NCBI RefSeq assembly: GCF_006345805.1
Contig: NW_021824642.1
Location: 1 to 17,876, forward strand
DNA from: Octopus sinensis
Taxonomy: Eukaryota
Direction: 5' to 3'
DNA length: 17,876 bases
Part shown: positions 8,843 through 17,330 of the stretch, piece after piece
How positions within the stretch are numbered: position 1 is the first letter of the stretch
Layout of the letters: every line of letters begins with the position of its first letter
Notes under the pieces: generated by a model
Databases searched by the model: none
The model's input: the letters and a program-made list of their open reading frames with translations, nothing else
What the model was told of the DNA's origin: nothing
Made by a program: the position numbers and the translations under genes

Positions 8843-9215
8843 TTTCTTCTCAGAGCTCTCTGTCTTACTTGTTCTTGATGGATTCTGTGAGAGCAGACAG
8901 CAACCTGTTGTCAGAGGTCTTGTAGGGTCTCTTTCCACAAATCATAGTCTTTAGTACTTGAATGAATACTTATTATGGCAGACCCTCAACACCCAAACAC
9001 CAATCTCCAAGTCCTAGCTGTCCCCAATAGCGCAGTTTTTGTGGTCTGCTCTGCCCTCATGTCAATTCCAATTTCTCCGACATATTCCTCGAACCTGGTT
9101 GCTGGCGCTCCAAGGGCCCTAACAACTACTAGGATAACAATCAATCTCCTCATTGTCCACATACTTGCAAGTTCATCTCTTAGTAGTGTGTATTTCTACA
9201 TCTTTTTCCTGATTA
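8810..9215 (-). mobile_element. 5'-truncated R4/Dong-clade (restriction-like endonuclease) LINE 3' end with (AAT)n tail
   Basis: Coding remnant at 8986-9210, ~140-bp 3' UTR, (AAT)n tail at ~8810-8843, ATT/ATC tract on the other side. Confidence 0.8.
8986..9210 (-). pseudogene. Degraded C-terminus of R4/Dong-type LINE ORF (REL endonuclease region)
   Basis: RKKM*KYTLLRDELASMWTMRRLIVILVVVRALGAPATRFEEYVGEIGIDMRAEQTTKTALLGTARTWRLVFGC* fits the pattern EKxxKYxxLxxE..W..vvPvViGALG....QKxALLGTAxILR; one premature TAG. Confidence 0.8.
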
Positions 9216-9240
9216 TTATTACTATCATTATCATCATCAT

Positions 9241-9760
9241 TGCACGTAAAAAGCACCCACTACACTCTCGGAGTGGTTGGCATTAGGAAGGGCATCCAGC
9301 TGTAGAAACTCTGCCAGATCAAAATTGGAGCCTGGTGCAGCCATCTGGTTCGCCAGCCCTCAGTCAAAATCGTCCAACCTATGCTAGCATGGAAAGCGGA
9401 TGTTAAACGAGGATGATGATATATGATACATATATGTACATATATATATAATGCATTAGGAGGGGCATCTATCTATAGAAACTCTGCCAGATCAGACTGG
9501 ATCCTGGTGCAGCCATCTGGTTCGCCAGCCCTCAGTCAAAATCGTCCAACCCATGCTAGCATGGAAAGCGGACGTTAAACAAAGATGATGATATATGATA
9601 CATATATGTACATATATATAATGCATTAGGAGGGGCATCCATCTATAGAAACTCTGCCAGATCAGACTGGATCCTGGTGCAGCCATCTGGTTCGCCAGTC
9701 CTCAGTCAAAATCATCCAACCCATGCTAGCATGGGAAGCGGACATTAAACGATAATGATT
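9241..9760 (+). mobile_element. Three tandem copies of the RTE 3' UTR
   Basis: Units align at gcattagga 9280, 9453, 9623 (period 173/170 bp); each ends ...atgctagcatgg(a/g)aagcgga(c/t)(g/a)ttaaac with a GAT-type tail. Confidence 0.88.
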
Positions 9761-9784
9761 ATAAAAATCAAAATCAAATCAAAA

Positions 9785-10115
9785 TGCATTCAAATGGAAA
9801 TTGTAGTTGTAGCTGATGCCAGCGCCACCTGACAGGCTCCCAGTGCTGGTGGCACGCAATAAGCACCATTCATGCGCGGGTTGTTGCCAGTGCCGTCTGA
9901 CTGGCTCCCCGTGCCGGTACTGCCTGACTGGCCCTCATGCCGGTGGGACATAAAAAGCACCCACTACACTCTCGGAGTGGTTAGCGTTAGGAAGGGCATC
10001 CGGCTGTAGAAACTCTGCCAGATCAGATTGGAGACCGGTGCAGCCTCCTGGCTTGCCAGTCCCCAGTCAAATCATCTAACCCATGCTAGCATGGAAAACG
10101 GACGTTAAGCGATTA
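9785..10115 (+). mobile_element. Longer RTE 3' UTR copy with internal gtgc(c/t)ggt-type subrepeats
   Basis: aaaaagcacccactacactctcggagtggtt...ggaagggcatcc...ccatgctagcatggaaaacggacgttaa; same family as the UTR of the RTE fragment at 15700-16140. Confidence 0.85.
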
Positions 10116-10124
10116 TTATTAGTA

Positions 10125-10353
10125 TTTGGCTTTTATGGGTTTTTCCACCAGGAACCCTTCGTAACGCCTCCCCCTATTGGGAGTTTTTCGTTGTTATATT
10201 ATTTGATTGTTACACTGTTTTTACACGATTTTTTCACAAACGGACAAAACCCTTTGTAACCTTTCGTCCTGTTTTGTCCCTTTATGTTTTCCAATCATGT
10301 GTGTCAGCCCTTGTGGCAAATAAAAAGAATTAATTATTATTATTATTATTATT
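10125..10353 (+). mobile_element. Putative 3' UTR of an unidentified LINE, with (ATT)n tail, sharing its 3' end with SINE-B
   Basis: gtcctgttttgtccc...tgtgtgtcagcccttgtggcaaataaaaagaat(ATT)n resembles the SINE-B tail; 9-bp stem GGACAAAAC/GTTTTGTCC at 10242-10279. Confidence 0.5.
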
Positions 10354-10355
10354 AA

Positions 10356-10574
10356 GGTGGCGAACTGGCAGAATCGTTAGCACACTGGACGAAATGCTTA
10401 GCAGTGTTTCGTTTGTCGCTGTGTTCTGAGTTCAAATTCTGCTGAGGTCGACTTTGCTTTTCATCCTTTTGGGGTCAATAAGTTAGGCACCAGTGAAAGA
10501 CTGGGAGTTGATGTAATCAACTTAACCCTCCCTCGAAAGGGCTTCTCTTGTGGCAAAATTTGAAACCATCATCA
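10356..10574 (+). mobile_element. SINE-B variant with alternative 3' tail
   Basis: Same head and core as SINE-B, ending ...cttgtggcaaaatttgaaaccatcatcatt. Confidence 0.82.
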
Positions 10575-10775
10575 TTCTTCTTCTTCTTCTTCTTCTTCTT
10601 TTCTTCTCCTTCTTCTTCCTCTCCTTCCTCTTCTTCTTCCTCTTCCTCTACTTCCTCTTCTTCTTGCTCTTCTTCCTCTTCTTCTTCCTCTTCTTCTTCC
10701 TCTTCTGCTTCCTCTTCTTCTTCCTCTTCTTCTTCCTCTTCTTCCTCTTCTTCTTCCTCTTCTTCTTCTTCCTCC

Positions 10776-10808
<33 letters not shown>

Positions 10809-10875
10809 TCTTCTTCCTCCTCGTCCTCTTCTTCTTCCTCCTCTTCTTCCTCCTCCTCCTCTTCTTCTTCTTCTT
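10575..10875. repeat. (CTT/CCT)n homopyrimidine tract, followed by (ATT)n and (CATT)n
   Basis: Directly visible; ~300 bp almost purely pyrimidine on the plus strand. Confidence 0.95.
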
Positions 10876-11135
10876 ATTATTATTATTATCATCATTATTC
10901 TCTCATTCATTCATTCATTCATTGCTGGTGACATAAAAAAAAAAAACCAAAAAAAAACTACCACTTGATCCTTTTGACTAAACCCTTCGAACCAGTACTG
11001 TAGCATGGCCACCGACAGATGTTTGAATCAAAACATGATGGTAATATGTAGTAAAAATAAAGGAGTTTCCATATATTGAAGTGTGTGTGTGATCAATAGC
11101 TCTTATGCCATCTGAATCATTATTATTATTATTAT

Positions 11136-11261
11136 GGTCAACTTTGCCTTTCATCCTTTCGGGGTCGATAAATTAAGTACCAGTTACGCACTGGGGTCAA
11201 TATAATCGACTTAATCTTGTTTGTCCCCTCTATGTTTAACCCCTTGTGGGTTATAAAGAAA
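11136..11261 (+). mobile_element. 5'-truncated SINE-B monomer in an (ATT)n tract
   Basis: Begins ggtcaactttgcctttcatcctttcggggtcgataaattaagtacc; ends ccccttgtgggttataaagaaa. Confidence 0.88.
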
Positions 11262-11294
11262 CAAATTATTATTATTATTATTATTAATTATTAT

Positions 11295-11692
11295 GAGTGG
11301 CTGTGTGGTAAGTAGCTTGCTAAATAACCACATGGTTCCGGGTTCAGTCCCACTGCGTGGCATCTTGGGCAAGTGTTTTCTGCTATAGCCCCGGGCCGAC
11401 CAATGCCTTGTGAGTGGATTTGGTAGACGGAAACTGAAAGAAGCCTGTCGTATATATGTATATATATATATGTGTGTGTGTGTATGTCTTTGTGTGTCTG
11501 TGTTTGTCCCCCTAGCATTGCTTGACAACCGATCCTGGTGTGTTTACGTCCCCGTCACTTAGCAGTTCGGCAAAAAGAGACCGATAGAATAAGTACTGGG
11601 CTTACAAAGAATAAGTCCCGGGGTCGATTTGCTCGACTAAAGGCGGTGCTCCAGCATGGCCGCAGTCAAATGACTGAAACAAGTAAAAGAGT
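11295..11692 (+). mobile_element. SINE-A, near full length
   Basis: Family consensus from GAGTGGCTGTGTGG to AAGTAAAAGAGT. Confidence 0.92.
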
Positions 11693-11744
11693 ATTAATAA
11701 TAATAGCAATTTCCAAGATAGGCACAGGGCTCTGTCATCTTCCA

Positions 11745-12075
11745 CCCTTATAATAATAATAATAATAATGACGCTGATGATGATAAGTATGATGATGATG
11801 ATAATGATAATGGGCGTGTAAGAGAAGTTGATTATGAGTTTGACGTTGAGAGGAAGGGGGCAGGGAGGAGGGTGATTATTCAGTACCCTGCTTCTAACGA
11901 TGAGCAGGGTGGGTGGGGTGGGGGAGGAGAGCATGATGATGTGGAGATAATCATGTCGATGATATGATAAGGGTTGTGTCGGCAATGATAACAACAGGTG
12001 AACGACAATGATTGTGGCGGCGGTGGTGGTGGTGGTGGTGGTGTGGGGAAAGAAAATGATGGTGGTGGTGGTGAT
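11745..12075. repeat. Low-complexity (AAT)/(GAT)/(GGT) tracts
   Basis: Directly visible. Confidence 0.75.
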
Positions 12076-12136
12076 TCAAATTTCTTGCTGGGGAAAAAAC
12101 AAAAAAAAAGCGAAAATAAATAAACAATAAACAATA

Positions 12137-12488
12137 GGCGCAGGAGTGGCTGTGTGGTAAGTAGCTTGCTTCCCAACCACATGGTTCTGGGTTCAGTCCC
12201 ACTGCGTGGCATCTTGGGCAAGTGTCTTCTGCTATAGCCCCGGGCCGACCAATGCCTTGTGAGTGGATTTGGTAGACAGAAACTGAAAGAAGCCCATTGT
12301 ATATATGTATATGTATATATATAGGCACAGGAGTGGCTGTGTGGTAAGTAGCTTGCTAACCAACCACATGGTTCCAGGTTCAGTCCCACTGCGTGGCACC
12401 TTGGGCAAGTGTCTTCTACTATAGCCTCAGGCCGACCAAAGCCTTGTGAGTGGATTTGGTAGACGGAAACTGAAAGAAGCCTGTCGTA

Positions 12489-12530
<42 letters not shown>

Positions 12531-12747
12531 GTGTGTGTGTGTGTGTGTATATCTGTGTTTGTCCCCCAACATCGCTTGACAACCGATGCTGGTGTGTTTA
12601 CGTCCCCGTCACTTAGCGGTTTGGCAAAAGAGACCGATAGAATAAGTACTAGGCTTACAAAGAATAAGTCCCAGGGTCGATTTGCTCAACTAAAGGCGGT
12701 GCTCCAGCATGGCCACAGTCAAATGACTGAAACAAGTAAAAGAGAGT
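12137..12747 (+). mobile_element. SINE-A left module (12137-~12320) followed by full-length SINE-A (12324-12747)
   Basis: Two tRNA-like heads 187 bp apart, separated by a TA-rich tract. Confidence 0.9.
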
Positions 12748-12962
12748 AATAATCCTTTCTGTTATAGGCACAGGGCCTTCAGAAATTTTGTGAAAGGGGT
12801 TAAGTCAATTACATCAACCCTAGTGCTAAACTGGGGCTTATCTTATCGACCCCGAAAGGATGAAGGCGAAGTCAACCCCAGTGACATTTGAACCCGGAAT
12901 GCAAATTTAGGAGTACCACTACACATTTTTTCTAGGCTGGTAACACTTCTTCCAGCTCACCC
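12748..12962 (-). mobile_element. Old SINE-B variant (alternative tail)
   Basis: Reverse complement gtgagctggaagaagtgtta...gggttcaaatg...ccttcatcctttcggggtcgataagataag...ggccctgtgcctataacagaaaggattatt. Confidence 0.75.
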
Positions 12963-12980
12963 CCTTAAAGTGACACTAAC

Positions 12981-13125
12981 ATTGTTTTCAAATCTCGGCA
13001 CAAGGCCTGCAGTTTTGTGGGGAGGGATTAAGTCGATTACATCAACCCCTAATGCTCAAATACTACTTATTCTGTCGGGCCCCGAAACGATGAAAGGCAA
13101 AGTCAACCCTGCCAGAATTTGAACT
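12981..13125 (-). mobile_element. 5'-truncated SINE-B variant (alternative tail)
   Basis: Reverse complement agttcaaattctggcagggttgactttgcctttcatc...ggccttgtgccgagatttgaaaacaat; tail like the copy at 10356. Confidence 0.78.
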
Positions 13126-13326
13126 TCCCCCTCCTTCTTGTGCTATGTAATTAACAATGTCGGGCTCCCCACCCTCCTCAGCCACCCCTCTTTCCTCTCC
13201 TACCCCTGTTTGTCAACACACTTCCTAGGAAGTTTCATGTTTCAGGTGTCCCTTGCCCTCATTTTAAAAGTTTCTTGCCCTCTACACCCGGTTCTTTGTC
13301 CACAGAAATGTTCTATATATATTTAT

Positions 13327-13384
13327 ATAGGGAAAAAGCAACAAGAATGGATCCAGTGATCCATTCTTGTTGGTTTTTTCCTAT
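13327..13384. repeat. Near-perfect inverted repeat / hairpin
   Basis: ATAGGGAAAAAG-CAACAAGAATGGAT / loop CCAGTG / ATCCATTCTTGTTG-GTTTTTTCCTAT; 14-bp perfect inner stem. Confidence 0.85.
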
Positions 13385-13500
13385 TTGTAATCACCCCACT
13401 TGTCGTATGGTTAACACCATATAGATTTCCGGTGCATCCAAGTTAAGTACCATATTCATGTGAACTCATTTGAATCTCAATTACTTAAACCGTATATATA

Positions 13501-13642
13501 TATCTATACAATAATATTTTTTCATAGTGTTTTCAAATAGCCAGATAACCGAAGATATGGTGTTGTGGATTTCCACTTCGGCATCTGAAACTCAGAGTTT
13601 TATCTTGACTACCGAGTAATGTAACATATTATTGTATAGATA
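13501..13642. repeat. 17-bp perfect inverted repeat bounding a 142-bp segment (MITE candidate)
   Basis: TATCTATACAATAATAT at 13501-13517 and ATATTATTGTATAGATA at 13626-13642. Confidence 0.7.
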
Positions 13643-13872
13643 AATTTCCTCTATTTACATAATATTGAGGTCTCTTTCTTTCTTTTGTTATCTTACCGTT
13701 TTATCAAAATATATATATATATATAAGGGTATTTTGGCATGGTGGTGTCTCTCAGATATCTTTATTTATAGTTGTAAAAAATTATTACCTTTGTATGGTA
13801 TTTATTCTCATGCGGGCCACTTCCTAATATCGATATCATCCTTATTTATAAATTTATATATATATATATATA

Positions 13873-14272
13873 CTAGCAGTATCGCCCGGCGTTGCTCGGG
13901 TTTGTAAGGGAAATAAATATATAAGCATTTTTAGAGAGTTATAGCCAAAAAATAGCAAAAAAATGCATTAAAAATTGAAAAAAAAAATTAAGGTAATTTT
14001 TTTTTAAAATCGTTGACACATCGTAGATATTTTTAGAGAGTTACTTCCCTTATATAAAAGCGGAAAAAATGCATTAAAATGGAAAAATATGATGGTAAAT
14101 TTTTTTTAAATCGTAGACTCATCGTAGACGCACGCTAATACCCAGAAGGGCTCGATATGAATCACGACTATAAGATACCCGCTTTTGGTTAAACTGCACC
14201 GCAAAATGTGGGAGTAGTTAGGAATCTAAATCGTAGGAGACAAACAACACACAATTCACTCTTATATAAAGA
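13873..14272 (-). mobile_element. Non-autonomous Helitron (400 bp)
   Basis: Minus strand starts 5'-TC(TTTATATAAG), ends CTAG-3', and sits between host A and T. GC-rich subterminal hairpin CCCGAGCAACGCCGGG (13885-13900) lies 8 nt before CTAG. Two internal ~100-bp diverged repeats start TTTTTAGAGAGTTA. Confidence 0.85.
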
Positions 14273-14961
14273 TGCTTTTTTTTTTCAGTCATAGAGTTAG
14301 ATTTATGAAGGTCTTCAGTAGAAAATCCTTCGAATTCTGACTCGCTGCTTGATATAATGAAATTCGTATCCATTTTTTGTCATAATTACAAATTTTGAAA
14401 ACACAATAGGAACAAATTTCGGAAAAAATCTCCCATAATTCACGGAATTAAAATTACACTTCGATTTTGTACAAAACTGTAGTTGAAGTGTTTACGAAGT
14501 ATAATACGTGTTTTCACGAATGTACAAAGAGATTTGCTCTGATATTCTCATTTAAATATGAATAGGTAAATTCGGGCGGCTTGGTAACTATATATAAGTG
14601 TCGTCTGTTTATACATAAACACTGTTTCATACTGCAATTATATATACATATATCTATATATAATATTATATAATAAAATATATACAGAGTAAAAAATAAA
14701 AACCAATTACCTTTTCTGTCCGTCCGTGTGTCTTTGCAAATGTGTTGGAATGATAAGTGGAGTTGTGATTTGGCGCCTTTTTTACTAATAACAAACACAC
14801 GTGTTTGTAATAACAAACACACACGTGTTTGTATGTAGTTGTATGTGTATGTATTTGTATGTAGTTGTATGTGTATGCGTGTGTGTGAGGATGACACACA
14901 CACACTCACGCACGCACACATACATCAATGCTTTGCTTTCGGAGTGATATGTTAAAATATT

Positions 14962-15393
14962 GAGTTTTCTCAAATTTTGTCTTAATTGGTGGTAAAATTG
15001 AAAGAAATTTTTTATGGCATCACCCACTGAAGTACTCTGAAGAATCTTAGGTAAACTCTAATTGAAGAAATTGTGTGAGGAGTAAATTGTTATGTATTTA
15101 TTTGTTTCTGTTTGCTGTGTTTCTTTATTTTTTGAGTAGTGGTTTAAATACTTTCAGTTTAGTCTTCCTCAAATCACTCTGTCGCTATTTACTTTCATTT
15201 TATTCGTTGCACACTGTGTGTGTGCGTTTGCGTGTGGTGTAAACCAGACTAAGAAAAGCATTTGACACACACACCAGAATGTGAGTTTTCTATAAATTTT
15301 GCTTAATTGGAGTTTAAATTTTAAAAACTGGACCTGGCATGACGCGATGCATTGTACTCTTAAAAATGGTAGGTAAATTGTAATTGAAGAAAT
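14962..15393. repeat. Diverged ~110-bp direct repeat pair (14962-15071 and 15283-15393)
   Basis: Colinear blocks gagttttct.aaattttg.cttaattgg / tggcat.ac / gtactct.aa.aat / taggtaaa.t.taattgaagaaat in both copies. Confidence 0.7.
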
Positions 15394-15480
15394 CCTATAT
15401 TGTAGATTTCTATAACTCCCAAAGGGAGGCAGATAAAATCTGCGTTTTATAATAAGAGATATAATATATATATATATAAT

Positions 15481-15625
15481 CATTTACCTGTGCTTTCTAT
15501 GTTGGCGTGGTTTAGTGAGTTTGACTGGAAGTGGTAAGCCAGAGATCTGTACCAGGTTCCATGGAGTGATTGACGTTACCAAGGGTGTAATGAGTGCCTT
15601 TACGTGTCGCTGGCACCAGTATGCG
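15481..15625 (-). mobile_element. Highly decayed RTE 3' UTR
   Basis: Reverse complement cacgtaaaggcactcattacaccct...ggaacctggtacag...cagtcaaac...ccacgccaacatagaaag aligns loosely with the RTE UTR copies. Confidence 0.55.
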
Positions 15626-15699
15626 TCTCTGTAAAAACCCGCAAAAGTATTAAAATATTTTGTGTTGTCCCAGGATGGTCACAACCCTAGGGTTGAAAC

Positions 15700-16140
15700 A
15701 TGTAAAAGATAGCTGTGCTGAGCTCTAGTTGTGGAGGGAACCTGTGGAAGGGGTAGACCCAGGAAGATGAGGGACAAGGTAGTGAGAAAGGGTTTTTGGA
15801 TGCTGGGCCTCACTGAGAAAATGATGAGGGATTGGAAGATGTGGGGATTTGCTGTACATGATAAGACCTGTCGTGCCAAATAAAATTGCTGTTTTCCACA
15901 TGGACAGGTGTGGCCTTTCAGGTGTCAGTGTCATTTAAAAAGCACCCATACCAGTGGCACGTGAAAAGCACCCAGCCCACTCTGTGACGTGGTTGGCATT
16001 AGGAAGGGCATCCGGCCCTAAAAGCACTGTCACAACACACAGTTGTAGTCTGGACAGGTCCCTGGTTGGCCAGCTCTATGTCAAACTGTCCAACCCATGC
16101 CAGAATAGAAAGAGAACACTAAAACGACGGTGACGATGAT
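15700..16140 (+). mobile_element. RTE-clade LINE 3' fragment (ORF end, 3' UTR, GAT-type tail)
   Basis: Coding remnant followed by the aaaagcaccc...ggcattaggaagggcatcc...gtccaacccatgc UTR and a gacgatgat tail. Confidence 0.85.
15722..15883 (+). pseudogene. Degraded C-terminus of RTE reverse transcriptase ORF
   Basis: ALVVEGTCGRGRPRKMRDKVVRKGFWMLGLTEKMMRDWKMWGFAVHDKTCRAK* contains the RTE hallmark RGRPRKxW and the terminal DRxxWR-like segment. Confidence 0.82.
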
Positions 16141-16165
16141 GAAATTTTAACAACAAAATCTTATA

Positions 16166-16584
16166 GGCGCAGGAGTGGCTGTGTGGTAAGTAGCTTGTCT
16201 ACCAACCACATGGTTCCAGGTTCAGTCCCACTGCATGGCACCTTGGGCAAGTGTCTTCTACTACAGCCTCGGGCCGACCAAAGCCTTGTGAGTGGATTTG
16301 GTAGACGGAAACTGAAAGAAGCCCGTCGTATATATGTATATATATATGTATATGTATGTGTGTGTATGTGTTTGTGTGTCTGTGTTTGTCCCCCCACCAT
16401 TGCTTGACAACCGATGCTGGTGTGTTTATGTCCCCGTTACTTAGCGGTTCGGCAAAAGAGACCGATAGAATAAGTGTTGGGCTTACAAAAGAATAAGTCC
16501 CGGGGTCGAGATGCTCAATTAAAGGCGGTGCTCCAGCACGGCCGCAGTCAAATGACTGAAACAAGTAAAAGAGTATAAAGAGTA
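16166..16584 (+). mobile_element. SINE-A, full length
   Basis: GGCGCAGGAGTGG head; tail AAAGAGTAT duplicated. Confidence 0.92.
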
Positions 16585-16774
16585 TAGTCCCTGGTTGAGG
16601 ATCGCTGGTCTGGAGAGACCACAAGTCAGACAGGTTTCTATACATGTGTATGTATCACACACTTTATATATTATAGTTCTCTATAGTGTTATTGTCACCA
16701 TCAGTACCAGCATCATGTGTGTTTACATTTTTATCTGAGGTGGATGCCACTGGCAATGGACATACAATGTGCTT

Positions 16775-17030
16775 CTAAACCACATGGTTCCTGGTTCAGT
16801 CCCACTGCGTGACACCTTGTCCAAGAGTCTTCTGCTATAGCCTCAGGTCAGCCAAAACCTTGTGAGTGGATTTAATTGATGGAAACTGAAAGAAGCCTGT
16901 CATATGTGTGTGTGTGTGTTTGTCTCCCACCACCTCTTGACAACTGGTGTTGATGTGCTTACATCCCTCTAACTTAGTGGATCAGCAAAAGAGACTGATA
17001 GAGTAAGTACCAGCATTTAAAAAAAAAAAA
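16775..17030 (+). mobile_element. Old SINE-A copy, truncated at both ends
   Basis: accacatggttcctggttcagtcccactgcgtg ... gaaactgaaagaagcc (TG)n ... cagcaaaagagactgatagagtaagtacc, then poly-A. Confidence 0.8.
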
Positions 17031-17039
17031 AACAGATCA

Positions 17040-17330
17040 GCACCCACACCAATGCTTTTTTGACATAGCACCTTGGTTTTAAGATCTCAGTTCTGTTGAG
17101 GTGGGCAGGTCATCATGAGTACAGTGGGGTGCCATATATCTCGATTCTCTGTCACCTCCTTCATATGGCTCAACATTCTGAGATTGGCCTTCTGTACTTC
17201 ATTTCCCTCTTCCACAACTTCCTTCCACTTCTTTATGCAACTGTCCTCATCTATCCCCATCACATGACCAAACCAGCACAGTACCCTCTCTTAGACACTG
17301 CATGTAATGCCCCTTGTGCCCAACTTTTCC
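17040..17330 (-). pseudogene. Degraded RTE reverse transcriptase C-terminal fragment
   Basis: EKLGTRGITCSV*ERVLCWFGHVMGIDEDSCIKKW...ANLRMLSHMKEVTENRDIWH; WFGHV (17275-17261) is the RTE W(F/Y)GHV motif; the RGRPRK segment appears deleted. Confidence 0.8.

Noticed and set aside
10548-10936. Poly-Ser, poly-Phe/Leu and protamine-like Arg/Gly ORFs
   Set aside because: All are frames of the (CTT/CCT)n tract.
15484-15620. Minus-strand exon ending CAG|GTAAAT with an open frame
   Set aside because: The sequence aligns with a decayed RTE 3' UTR; the donor-like site derives from the element's end.
293-16645. Recurring ORFs such as MLGxQTQTHKH...EDTCPRCHAVGLNPEPCGW and MSSNARGTNTDT...TMWLVSKLLTTQPLL as a multigene family
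   Set aside because: They are antisense or alternative readings of SINE-A; frames shift with microsatellite length and there is no sign of coding constraint.
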